Source: Camelus dromedarius
Lineage: Eukaryota
Length of the DNA: 64,000 nucleotides
Assembly: GCF_036321535.1 (NCBI RefSeq)
Contig: NC_087436.1
Location: 15,376,001-15,440,000, forward strand
Direction: 5' to 3'
Every line of letters starts with the position of its first letter. The stretch's first letter is position 1. The position numbers and the translations under genes were made by a program. The notes beneath the pieces were generated by a model. The model was not told where the DNA came from. It ran no database searches and saw nothing but the letters and a program-made list of their open reading frames with translations. Below are positions 24,760 through 37,840 of this stretch, one piece after another.

Positions 24760-27700
24760 TGCAAGGAAGAGACAGCTCCATGTTTACAAGCGATGTTTAA
24801 GGATGCATTGCCTCAAGCACTAACGTTTTCAATGTATTTCTGCATTTTCCTGTTATCAACCTTTTCTTTTTCTAATTCCAAGCTTTTTATTTAGCTCCCA
24901 GGCAACAGCTGAAAGTCCCCAGTGAGGGAGACAGAAGGACAAAACTAAGCAAAAGGCTGTGCGCAGGTAAGAGAGGCTGCGCGCGCTAGACTGTGTGCCT
25001 GTGTCACGAGCCATCACTGGCCGGTCCCCATTCCTGCCCTCTGCTGTCTCTGGATGGGGGCACCTGAAGCTGGGGACCGCCGAGGGAAAGCTTGCTGTTC
25101 TTGGCACACATGCAGCCTGTTCATCCCATAAATACACACATGGCACTTCGACTCAAATGCCACGCCTGGAGAGGGCTCTAGAGATCATCTGGCCCCTAAT
25201 GAGGGATGTTTTCCTTTCTTCAAACAAACCACCACCAACCAAAAATACCTAAAGGACTCTTTTCCAAGAGTGCTTGTGTGTGGTATTGTGGTGTGGTTAT
25301 TGAGGTTTTTGGACTTGCGGGGAAAGAGATGAGCTATCAAAATACAAGTACGACTGAGCTATCACACGTTCTATGCTGCAGACAGAACTGAGGACCGTGT
25401 TCTCCCCAAAGACGTTACTGAGAAGTCACATTTAAATATCTCGTTAATGTTATATGCAGAAATATTTTCCATCAATAAGGAAAGAAAAAGTCTATTAACA
25501 GTTTTTAAGATAAGACAACTGATGTAAGAATTACGTGTTTTTCTTTGCTTTTTTCCAAAAGGATAGGATCTCTTTTATTTGACTATGGAAAAAGCAAAAG
25601 CATATGCTTCTGTATCACAGAATTATAAAATATTCCGTATAATCATGAAAGCTTAGACTCCAGTCATCTAGATCGTATCTCTTTCTGATGTAAAAATTCC
25701 TTCGACCTCATTCCCAAATAGACAGACATCTTCTCTAATTTCAGACTCTTTCAAAAACTACAATACTTAGGAGAGCTATAAATGTGTGAAAAATCATATT
25801 TTTCCTGGAACTATCAATGATTATATTTTAATATAGCCCTCTTTCACTATCACACTGAACTTAACAACGTATACTTTTTGGCAGTTCATTCTATATTATC
25901 TCACACATTATATTATCTCATCATATCTTCAAGTCTTTAACGTATTTAAATATAATATCCTCTAATAATGGGTCATAAAAAATTCCTGATGGGAAAGAAA
26001 TGGACGGCCACCTTAAGAGGAGACACAGCCAAGGGAACATTTTTATTAAGGGAAAAGCGATCATATTTGCAGGTGTAATGAGGAGGAATCAACGAACATG
26101 GATAATTTGAAGGCACAAAATAAAGAGGATTTTGATGGAGCAAGAAGCAGAAGAAAGACGAGGACAAGAGCACAGGCAGGAGGGGTCTAGAGATAAAAGA
26201 GAAGCCTTTTCATAGTGAGTCACCAAATCTTGAACTTGAAAGAAAGACACAGCAAGGCTCCCTTCCCATCTTTCCTTCTCTGTTTCTCCTGATATTCCTC
26301 TGGTTGGTTTGTGGAAATGGTCAGAGAGTTTAGGTGGATTTAAGTAGGGAACAAAGCATTGGGGCTGAGAGTTTTTAGACCAGTTCTCCAAACATGGAAG
26401 TCAGAAAAGTTAACCTCCCTCCTCAGGGGACTTAAGCTTTGACCTGAGAGACAGGGCCCAGGGCGCCGGCTCCAGCTCTAACCAGCGTGAGACTGACTCT
26501 TGGTTTGGAACCTCGCTTAGGGAAGGAGTTAGGACTAAACGGTTATTTCGTAGACCTCTTCCAGCTCAAAAGTCATCATTTTACATACTTTACTACAACT
26601 GTTACGCTAATTGGGGAGAGGTAAGCAGATAACCATCACAGGAGGATAATGGCCATTCTACCAAAATCTCTGGACGAATTCCAGTTGTAAAAGGGATTCT
26701 TTTTAAGATTAAAGCATATTTCACTTATAGAACACAACACAGAAATCAGCCATCTCAAATATAACTTGTCGTTGGTTTCTTTGTTTTTTTCCTGTAGAAA
26801 AACTCATTGTTTTAGAATACACTTCAGAATGCTCTGAATTGGCTGCTATTAAATACAAAGAGTCTATTACTGTAAATGTGTTTATCATATAAAATTCCAT
26901 CTCAGGGTGAAGATTCTTCAAATATTGGGAAAACCTGAAGAGAGGGGAACCTTGTGCCCTCAATTATAACTAATAGCAGTGGGAGGAATTCATTTTGGGT
27001 CAAACTACCTCAGACAACCTCTACTCAGAGCCTAATAAAATCCTATTACGACTAAATCCTCCCTGTGCTCTAATCCTTTGGCCCAGTTTCCTTTCCTCTC
27101 TTGCTGTCACACCACATGGCAATCCTGGGCAGTGGAAAACAGAGCAACATCTCATAGTCTCCGACTCTCCTGAACCTTGTCCTGAGACTCCCTCAACTTG
27201 TCACAGTGTGACTCTAGCCCATTCATTGTTCACTGTCCACCGTTTCAGTAAAGCACACCATTTTGTTGCCCCAGGTTGCAGGTCACCAGTGAACACAGAG
27301 TGTACACAAAGAAAAGTCTTGTGATATATGGATTCCAAATAATTTCAGGCTTTGGTAAATGTATGCTTCAAAATAATAACAAGATTGCGGAAAACTGTTA
27401 ATAATGCCATGAACTTGATTCCACCATGTTTTAGGTCTTAATTTCACTAGAACAAGCTGCCACATGTGCCATGCAAGTAACTGATAAGCAGGATAAATGA
27501 AGAAGAAAAGTTAAAATTAATATTCAAATTCATCCTTAAAATTTGTTATGGGACTTCACTGTCAAGGCTGTTTAAGAAACTAGACCCCTAGTGGCAAGGA
27601 TCTGGAATGTAAAAAGTATAGCTTTTGAAAGTTAGAGCAAGTGTTGAGACATCAGCTCGTTGGTAACTGAACAGGAAAGTCTCTTATACACATTGGAGAG

Positions 27701-28727
27701 ATTTGTTGAAACATGAAAACTGGACTAATAATTCAATCAGTCACTATAATCTAGGTGATATGCACCATCCTTTAGCATCACTATTTTGCTGAAAACTATT
27801 AAAGGACAAGTCAGTTATCTACCATAAAACCCTAAAATGTAGCTAAGGTGAATTCAGAAATAAGATTACTGGACAACTTCCATGGGATAGTATTTTACAG
27901 CAGAGATTTGAGGTCGATGCTCTGAATCTTTCTCCAAGAAGAACCCTCTTATACTAATGAAGTTCTTCTCAAGAAATGTTCCTGGGGAAAAAGCATACCA
28001 GTCGAACCAACACATCTTCTCACTTTCCCTGGAAAAGCAGGTACCTTTGGGAAGTTATGCTGATTAGTCTAATACTTGTCTTCCCTGCTCTATTAGTCAG
28101 AATTAGTTCTCTACCAATATAGTCTTTCAGATGCCTTTATGTGAAAATTTTTAGATATGCAATCTGCAGCATAATTAAGATTATGTGATAATTATCTTTT
28201 GGAATAGCAACATGGAAAAAATCTCCTTTTCAAAAATGTCCTTCATCCATGCCTGGTTTAAGATGTACTCAGTGCAATGAGTATAGTAACAATAAAAAAT
28301 CCCATATATCATATTCATGAATCTCATAAATTGTGGGAATATTTTTCTGGAGAGAGGTGGCAATAGTCTTCAGCCAATTCTAAAAAGGGTCCACAAATTG
28401 GCCCCCTTCCAAAAAGTTTTAAAACCACTTTAAAGATGCCTTCATGGTTCAACCATGAAGAGTTCCAGAACAGAGACTAACAGCCAGTTCAAATTCTAAA
28501 GGTAATACTGAAAAGACAGTCATGGAATTTCTGTGACTTCAGTGATAACAAAAAGCTCTGTTTCAGCAGTTTGGGGGTTGCTCCAGCCTATGAGTACCCA
28601 TGTTCTTGAATAATAATCAGTTCAGGCCTCAGTGCCTCACAAATTTCATGGCTGGTTAGGTACTTCCACTCCTACTCAAAACACCACGAAGTCTGACATC
28701 ATAGGTATAAAGCGATTAACATTTATT

Positions 28728-28873
28728 TCATTTAAAAAAAATTATTATTATTATTTTGGGGAGGGTGGTAATTAGGTTCATATATTTATTTTTAGAGGAG
28801 GTACTGGGGATTGAACCCAGGACCCTGTGCACACTAGGCATGAACTCTACCACTTGGGCTGTGTCCTCCCTCT
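28728..28873 (-). mobile_element. tRNA-derived SINE, vic-1-like
   Basis: Reverse complement of the 7710 element (ggggattgaacccaggaccc). TSD GATTA(A/G)CATTTATT at 28714-28727 and 28874-28887. Confidence 0.9.
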
Positions 28874-29635
28874 GATTAGCATTTATTATAATGTTAGCAA
28901 CAGGCTTGTAGAACATGGTCCAAAGCATCTATCTTCATCAGTCTATGAAAATGGACTGTGAAGAGTCTGGGTGCCTTCTGTGCACTATAAATATGACAGA
29001 AATGGAGTAAATCACTGGTACTTGTGTGACCCAATACATGTGTCTTGACTTCAGGTAGGTGGAATAATATTAGCACTTATGCCCAAGCAATCTAAGACCA
29101 AGAAGTTTTAATTCCACACTTTTTTACTTTTAATGAGTATAAAGATAATGAAAGACTTCCTTACATGTAAGTATTATAATCTAACAAATAATACCACTGT
29201 TGTACCAAGATTTAAAAGACTACATTTTCTCATTCAGGAGTAGGTAAAAGACCCTAGAAGTTCATAATAAAAAATTACTGTTTTAGAGGAGTGATATTAC
29301 GGCCATGATCAGTTTATCAACAAGATGTCACACTGATAAAATAAAGAGCAAGATCTAGAATCACTGAAAACTTTCAACTTGAAATGTCTCCCTCTTGGCC
29401 AACAACTACATGGGCCTCAGTAGTACACCCTCAATGGACAGGTTTATGTATCTCAAGAGGTGACTTCGGAGAAGTAAAAATGCATCCATCTCATACACTC
29501 AGGTGAGAACATAAACTGCTGTTCTACCTGGAAAGAGCAATTTGGCAACAGTCTTCAAAACAAAATTCGATCAGCAAAACCACTTCAAGGCATTTATCCT
29601 ACAAACACACTTTCACCTGACAAAATGACAAACTG

Positions 29636-29865
29636 AATAATAGCAAAGAGTTGACACTTACTGAGTACTTTTCTGTGCCAGGTACTTTTCTAAAGACATC
29701 TCACCATTAACTCATTAAATCTGACCAATCCTGTGAACTATATTCCCCTCTTCCACAGACAAGGAAACTGAGGTAGGAAGAGGTAAAGGACCTGGTCTCA
29801 CCAAGGTCACACAGACATCCTGGCACCTTATGCAGGTATATTCTCTTAACCACTAAGCACTTCTC
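29636..29865 (-). mobile_element. MIR SINE inside an old L1ME remnant
   Basis: cacttactgagtac...tgtgccagg...cacagacaaggaaactgagg...caaggtcacacag. Confidence 0.8.
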
Positions 29866-31484
29866 TAACTACAGTGATACCTTTTGCAGCACTGTTTAGA
29901 TGGTAAACAAATGGAAAGATCCCAAATATCCATCAATAATGGTCTGGTTATATAAATCATGGCACTTCTGTATAATGGAACACTATGTCACAATTTTAAA
30001 AAGGATATAACAAATCAGCCAAGATGGCAGAACAGAAAGACCCTGAGTTCACCTCCTCTCATGAGTACACTGAAATGACAACTATTTTCAGAACAACCAT
30101 GAATGAAAAAGACTGAAACCTACCAGGAAAGATCTTCTACAACTAAAGACTTAAAGAAGGGACCACAACGAGATGGGTAGGAGGGGCAGACTCAGATATA
30201 ATCAGTAACACCCCAGGGTGGGTGATGCACAAACTGGAGAATAATTAATACTGCACAAGTTCTCCCACAGGAGAGTTCTGAGCCCCACATGGGGCTCCCC
30301 AGCCCGGGGTTCCTGCACCAGGAAGACGAGCCCCAGAGTATTTGGCTTTGAAAGCCAGCAAGGCTTAATTTCAGGAATCCCAAAAGACTAGAGGAAATAA
30401 AGACTTCACTTTTAAAGAGTGCATACAAAATCTCACACACACGTGGACCCAAGGCAAAAGCAGTAATTTGGTAGAAGCCTGAGCCAGACCTACCTGCTGG
30501 TCTTGGAGAGTCTCCTGGAGAGGCAGGTGGCAGCTGCAGCTCACCCTGGAGACAGAAACGGTGGAGGCAGCCATTCTTGGGAGCCCCCTCTGCTGCATGG
30601 ACAGTGGCATTGGTAGGCACCATTATGGAGTCCTCCCTCTGGCTCATCAATGACAAGATCTGGCCCCATCCAACAGCCTGCAGGCCCAGTGCTGGGACGC
30701 CTCAGGCTAAGCAACTAACTGGGAGGGGACAGAGCCCCACTCATCAGCTGACAGGCTGCCTAAAGACTTCCTGAGCCCACTCACATCTAGACACACCTCT
30801 AGAAATGGTCCTACCCACCAGAGGAAAAGAACCCAGCTCCACCCACCAGGGGGCAGACATCAGCCTGAAGAAAACCACAAATCCACAGCTTGCAGATCCA
30901 GCCAGCCCAACACAGGCCAGACCCGCCCTGGGACCAGCTGGGCCTAGAAACCAAATCCAATTGTTTCAGGAACTGCCCCCTGCCACCACCAGCAAACTGA
31001 CACCAGTTCTGGGATCCCTGGACCCTGCAGCCAGACTCCGGTACCTGGTTCTCCTTACCAGTAATCTGGTACTAACCCCAAAACCTGGATTCACCCACCA
31101 GTGGGTGGCCAATAGCCCTCGAGTCTTTGGATCCTAACTCCACCAATCAGTGAACCAGCACTATCCCCTAGGGTTCTGCAGTCAGCCACCTTGTGACCAG
31201 GCCCCACCAACGAGTTGCTGGCAGTCTCCACACAAAGCAAGGTCTAGCAATTAACCAGGCTCAGGACCAAGCAAGCCAACCAGAATGCCCACACAGTCAA
31301 CCTACCATAACAGAAGGACACACATGACTCCCATAAGAGGAACCTCTAGAGCATACAGGTGACAAGAGGGGTGTGCACTGCTGGGATTGCATAGGACATC
31401 TCCTACATAAGGTCACTTCTCCAAGGTTGGGAAACATAACTAACCTACCAGATACAGTAAAATACAAAGAGTAACTTAGACAAA

Positions 31485-32242
31485 ATGAGGTGGAAGAGGG
31501 ACATATTTCAGACAAAGGAACAAGATAAAACCCCAGAATAAGAATTAAGTGAAGTGGAGATAGGCAATTTACACATGAAAGAGTTCAGGGTAATAATTAT
31601 AAAAATGATCAAAGAACTTGGGAGAAGAACGGATGCAGAGTGAGAAGTTAGAAGTTTTTAACATTGTTAGAAAATAAAAGGAACAACCATACAGAGACAA
31701 GAATACAAGAAGTGAAATGAAAAATACACTAGAAGGAAATCAAGAATATACCAAATGATACAGAGAAACTGATCAGTGAACTGGAAGGCAGAGTAGTGGA
31801 AATCACTGTTGCAGAACAGAAAAAAGAAAAAACAATGGAAAGAAATGAGGACAGTTTAAGAGACCTTTGGGACAACATCAAGTGTACTAATATTTGCACT
31901 ATAGGGATCCCAGAAGAAGAGGGAGAGAAAGTGGCTGAGAACATATTTAAAGACATAATAGCTGAAAACTTCCATAACATGGGAAAGAAAACAGTCACCC
32001 AAGTCCAGGAAGTGCAGAGAGTACCACACAGGATTAACCCAAAGAGGAATACACCAAGATACACTGTAATTAAAATGAGAAAAATGAGAAATGAGAAAAA
32101 TCTACAGCGAAGGCTACTCTACCCAGCAAGGCTCTCCTCCAGATTTAATGGAGAGATCAAAAGCTTTAGTGACAAGAAAAAGCTAAAAGAATTCAGCACC
32201 AGCAAATCAGCTTTACAACAAATATTACAGGAACTTCTCTAG
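31485..32242 (+). pseudogene. L1 ORF1p remnant (stops, frameshifts, internal deletion)
   Basis: ORF 31796..32242 reads NEDSLRDLWDNIK...IGIPEEE...QVQEVQRVPHRINPKRNTPR...LYPARLS. Confidence 0.9.
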
Positions 32243-32712
32243 CTGAAAAAGAAAAGACCACAGAGAGAATCAAAAAAATTACAAAACAAAAAAGCTCACC
32301 AGTAAAGGCAAATACATAGTAAAAGTAGGAAACCACCCATGCACAAAGCTAATAGGAAGTTTAAAAGACAAAAGTAGTAAAATCCTCTATATCCACACTA
32401 AGCAGCTAAGGGACACACAAAACAATTAGATGTAAAATATTATTCAAAAACAGTAATTGTGAGGGGAGGAGAGTAAAACAGTGTTTTTTAAGTGGATTTA
32501 AATTTAAGAGATCAGCAATTTGAAACAATCAGGTGTATACATAGATTGCTATATAAAAACCACATGGTAACCACAAACAAAAAAAATCTATAATAGATAC
32601 ACACACAAAAAAGAAGAAAAGAATCATAACACTAAATTGTGATCAAATCACAAGAGAACAAAAGAATAAGGAAAGAAAAGATTTATAGAACAACCCCAAA
32701 ACAAATCACAAA

Positions 32713-35700
32713 ATGGCAAAAAGAACGTACATATCAATAATTACATTGAATGTAAATGGACTAAATGCTCCAATCAAAAGACACAGATTAGCTGAATGAA
32801 TACAAAAATAAGACGCATATATATGCTGCCCACAAGAGACTCAATTCAGATCTAAAGACACACACAGACTGAAAGTGATGGGATACAAAAAGGTATTCTA
32901 TACAAATGAAAGTCAAATGAAAGCCAGAATAGCAATATTTATATTAGACCAATTTGACTTTAAAATAAAGACTGTTACAAGAGTCAAATAACCTACATAA
33001 TGATCAAGGGATCTATCCAAGAAGAAGGTAAAACAACTGTAAATATGTACACACCCAACATAGGAGCACCTAGATATGCAAAGCAAATATTAACAAGCAT
33101 AAAAGGAAAAATAAACAGTAACACAATAACAGTAGGAGACTTTAACATCCCACTTACATCAGTGGAGAGATCATCCAGACAGAAAATCAATAAGGAAACA
33201 CTGGCCTTAAATGACACATTAGACCAAATGGATTTAATAGATATATATACAAAAGTATTCTATCTGAAAGCAGCAGAATACACATTCTTTTCAAGAGCAC
33301 ATGGAACATTCTCCAGGATACATCACAGGCTACATCACATAACAAGCCTCAGTGAATCTAAGAAAACTGAAATCATATCAAGCACTTTTTCTGACTATAA
33401 TGCTATGAGACTAGAAATCAACTAAAAGAAAAACCTGCAAAAAACACAAACACACAGAGGCTAACCAATATGCTACTAAAAAACCAATGGATCACTGAAG
33501 AAATCAAAGAGGAAATAAAAAAATACCTAGAGGCAAATGAAAATGAAAACACAACAACCTAAAACCTATGGGACACAGCAAAAGTAGTTCTAAGATGGAA
33601 GTTTACAGCAACACAAGCTTACCTCAGGAAACAAGAAAAATCTCAAATAAACAACCTCACCTTACATCTAAAGGGATCTGAAGAAGAACAAACAAAACCC
33701 AAAGTTAACAGAAGGAAAAAAATCATAAAGATCAGAGCACAAATAAATGAAATAGAGACTAAAAAACAACAGAAAAGATCAAAGGATAGAAAGCCCAGAA
33801 ATAAATCCATGTACTTATGGTCAATTAATCTACGATAAAGGAGGCAAGAATATACAATGAAGAAAAGACAGTCTCTTCAAAATGTGGGGCTGGGAAAATT
33901 GGACAGTTACATGTAAAAGAATGAAATTAGAACATTCTCTAACACCATACACAGAAATAAACTCAAAACATATTAAAGACCTAAACGTAAGACCAGATAC
34001 TCTAAAACTACTAGAGGAAAACATGGACAGAATACAGTTTGACATAAATCACAGCAACATTTTTTGGATTTGTCTCCTAGAGCAATAGAACCAAAAACAA
34101 AAATAAACAAATGGGACTTAATTAAATGTAGAAGATTTGCACAGCAAAGGAAACCATAAACAAAACAAAAAGACAACCTACAGAATGGGAGAAAATATTT
34201 GCAAATGAGGTGACCAACAAGGACTTACTTTCTAAAATGTACAAACAGCTTATACAGCTCAATATTTTGAAAAATTAAAAAATGGGCTGAAGACTGAAAT
34301 AGACATTTCTCCAAAGACACATAGGCACATACTCCAAACTGGATGTGAAAAGATGCTCAACATCACCAATTATTAGAGAATTGCAAATCAAAACCACAAA
34401 GAGGGATCACCTCAGACCAGTCAGAATGGTCATCATCAAAAAGTTTACAAATAATAAATGTGGGAGAGGGTGTTAAGAAAAGGGAACCCTCCTACACTGT
34501 TGGTGGGAATGTAAATTGGTGCAGCAACTGTGAAGAACAGTATAGAGGGTCCTTAAAAACCTAAAAATAGAGTCACCATATGATCCAGCAATCCCAAAAA
34601 GATGAAAACTAATTTTAAAAGATACATGCACCCCAATGTTCATAGCAACACTATTTACAATAGTCAAGACATGAAAGCAGCCTAATGTCCACTGACAGAT
34701 GAATGGATAAAGAAGATGGAGTGTGTATGTATCTATATACAATGGAATATTACTCGTCCATAAAAAGAATGAAATAATGCCATTTACAGCAACATGGGTG
34801 GACCTAGAGATTATCATACTAGGTGAAGTAAGTCAGACAGAGAAAGACAAATATCATATGATATCACTTAATATGTGGAATCTAAAAAATCATACAAATG
34901 AACTTATTTACAGAACAGAAATAGACATACAAACATATAAAATAAATGTACGGTTACCAAAGGGGAAAAAGGGGCAGAGGGATAAATTAAGGATTTAAGA
35001 TTAATAGAAACACACTACCATATATAAAATAGATAAACAACAAAGATCTACTGGATAGCACAGAGAACTATATTCAATATCTTGCAATAACCTATAATAA
35101 AAAAGAATCTGAAAAAGAATATATGTATATAAACCTGTATCTCTTTGCTATATACCTGAAACACTGTAAATCAACTATACTTTAATAAAAAATAATTTTA
35201 AAAAAAAACAAACAAAAAGATAGTTCTTAGCAAAGGTAAACAGAGTTGATAAACCTTAGCCAGATTCATCAAGAAAAAAGGGAGAGGGCCCAAAGCAATA
35301 AAATTAGAACTGAAAAAGGAGTTACAACTGACAACACAGAAATAAAAATGTCTATAAAAATACTACCATGAACAACTATATGTCAATAAGATGGAAAACC
35401 AAGAAGAAATGAACAAATTCTTAGAAAGGTATAATCTCAAATGACTGAACCAGGAAGAAATAGATAATATGAACAAACCAATTACCAGTAATGAAATTGA
35501 ATTAGTAATTTAAAAACTCCCAACAAACAAAAGTCCAGGACCAGATGGCTTCACAGCGGAATTCTAACAAACATTTAAAGAAGATTTAACACTATCCTTC
35601 TCACAATATTCCAAACAGTTGCAGAAGGATGAACACTTCAAAGCTCATTCTATGAGGCCAGCATCACCCTGATACCAAACCAGACAAAAAGATTAAAGAA

Positions 35701-37792
35701 AAAAAGAAAATTACAGATCAATATCACTGATGAACATAGATACAAAAATCCTCAACAAAATATCTGCAAACTGAATCCAACAATACGTTTAAAGGATCTT
35801 ACACTATGATCAAGTGGGATTTATCCTAAGGATGCATGAATTTTTAAATATCTACATTCCAATCAATGTGATACACCACATTAACAAATTGAAGAATAAA
35901 AACCATATGATCATCTCAACAGCTACAGAAAAAGCTTTTGATAAAATTCAACATCCATTTATGATTAAAAACTCCCCCAGAAAGTAGGCACAGAGGGAAC
36001 ATACTTCAACATAATAAAGGTCATGTATGACAAACCCACAGCTAACATCACACTCAACAGCAGAAAGCTAAAAGCATTTTCTCTAAGACCAGGAATAAGA
36101 TAAAGATGCCCACATATGCCACTTTTTTTCAACATAGTATTAGAAGTCCTAGCCACAGCAATCAGACAAGAAAAAGAAATAAAAAGAATCCAAATTGGAA
36201 AGGAAGAAGTAAAACTGTCACTGTTTACCAATGACATGATACTATACACAGAAATCATAAAGACACCACCAGAAAATTACTAGAGCTCATCAATGAAGTC
36301 AGTAAAGTTGCAGGATACAAAATAAATACATAGAAATCTGATGCATTTCTATATACTAAGAGTGAACTACCAGAAAGAAGAATTAAGGAAACAGTCCCAT
36401 TTACCACTGCATCAAAAAGAACAAAATACCTAGGAATAAACCTACCTAAGGAGGTAAAAGACCTGTACCCAAAAAACTATAAGACACTGATCAAAGAAAT
36501 TGAGGACAACATAAACAGATGGAAAGATATGCTGTGTTCTTGGATTAGAAAAATTAATAATTAAGATTGCTAAAACTGACCATAGTACTCAAGGCAATCT
36601 ACAGATTCAATGCAATCTCGATCAAAATACGAATGACATTTTTCACAGAACTAGAACAAATGATTTTTTATTTGTACAGAAACAAAAAAGACCCCAAAGA
36701 GCCAAAACAATCTTGGGAAAGAAGAACAGATTTGGAGGAATCATGCTCCCTGACTTTAGACTACACTACAAAGCTACAGACATCATAACAGTATAGTACT
36801 AGCATAAAAACACGCACAGATCAATGAAACAGGATAGAGAGTCTGATATAAAACCACTTATGGTATTACTCTACAATAAAGGTGGCAAGAATATACAATG
36901 GAGAAAAAACAGTTTCTTCAATAGGTGGTAGTAGGAAAACTGGACAGTTACACATAAAAGAATGAAATTAGAACATTCTGTAACACCATATACAAAAATA
37001 AAGTCAAAATGGATATAAGAACTAAGCGTAAGACTGGAAACCATAAAACTCCTAGAGGAAACATAAGCAGAACACTCTTTGACATGAATCGTAGTAATAT
37101 TTTTTGGATCTGTTTCCTAGAGCAAAGGAAATAAAAACAAAAATAAACAAATGGGACCTAATTAAACTTAAAAGCTTTTCCACAGCAAAGGAAACCATTA
37201 ACAAAACAAAATCAACCTACAGAATGGGAGAAAATATTTGCAAACTATATGATCAATAAAGGGTTAATGTCCAACAAATATTAACAGCTCCTACAACTCA
37301 ACATCAAAAAACACAAACAATCCAATTAAAAAATGAGCAGAAGAACTGAAGAGACATTTTTACAAAGAGGAACTGCAGATGGCCAACAGGCACATGAAAA
37401 GATGCTCAACACTGACAATCATCAGGGAAATGCAAATCAAGACTACAATGAGATTGTCACCTCACACCTGTCAGAATGGCTATCATCAAACAGAACACAA
37501 ATAACAAATGTTGGCAAGGTTGTGGAGAAAAGGGAACTCTCATACACTGCTGGTGGGAATATAAATTGGTGCACTGTGGAAAACAGTATGGAGGTTTCTC
37601 AAAAAACTAAAATTAAACTACTATATGACCCAGCAATTCCACTCCTGAGTACACATTCAAATAAAAACAAAAACACTAATTCAAAAGGATACATGCACCC
37701 CAACATTCACAGCAGCACAATTTACAACAGCCAAGATAAGGAAGCAACCAAAGTGTCCATCAACAGATGAATGAATAAACATATGGTTTGTG

Positions 37793-37830
<38 letters not shown>
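32713..37830 (+). pseudogene. L1 ORF2p remnant (endonuclease, RT, C-terminus), disrupted
   Basis: MAKRTYISIITLNVNGLNAPIKRHRLAE*; endonuclease motifs VGDFNIPL and SDYNAMRLEI. The RT motif LFADDM is decayed to LFTNDM at about 36221-36238. The end is approximate. Confidence 0.88.
33783..35210 (+). mobile_element. 5'-truncated L1 (about 1.4 kb) inserted into ORF2 of the host L1
   Basis: Host ORF2 breaks after gaaaagatcaa and jumps to the ORF2 C-terminus, 3' UTR and A-tail. The host resumes at about 35211-35221 (tagttcttagcaaaggtaaacagagttgataaacc). Confidence 0.88.

Positions 37831-37838
<8 letters not shown>
37796..37838. repeat. (CA)~21 microsatellite inside the L1 3' region
   Basis: Read directly. 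Confidence 0.95.
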
Positions 37839-37840
<2 letters not shown>

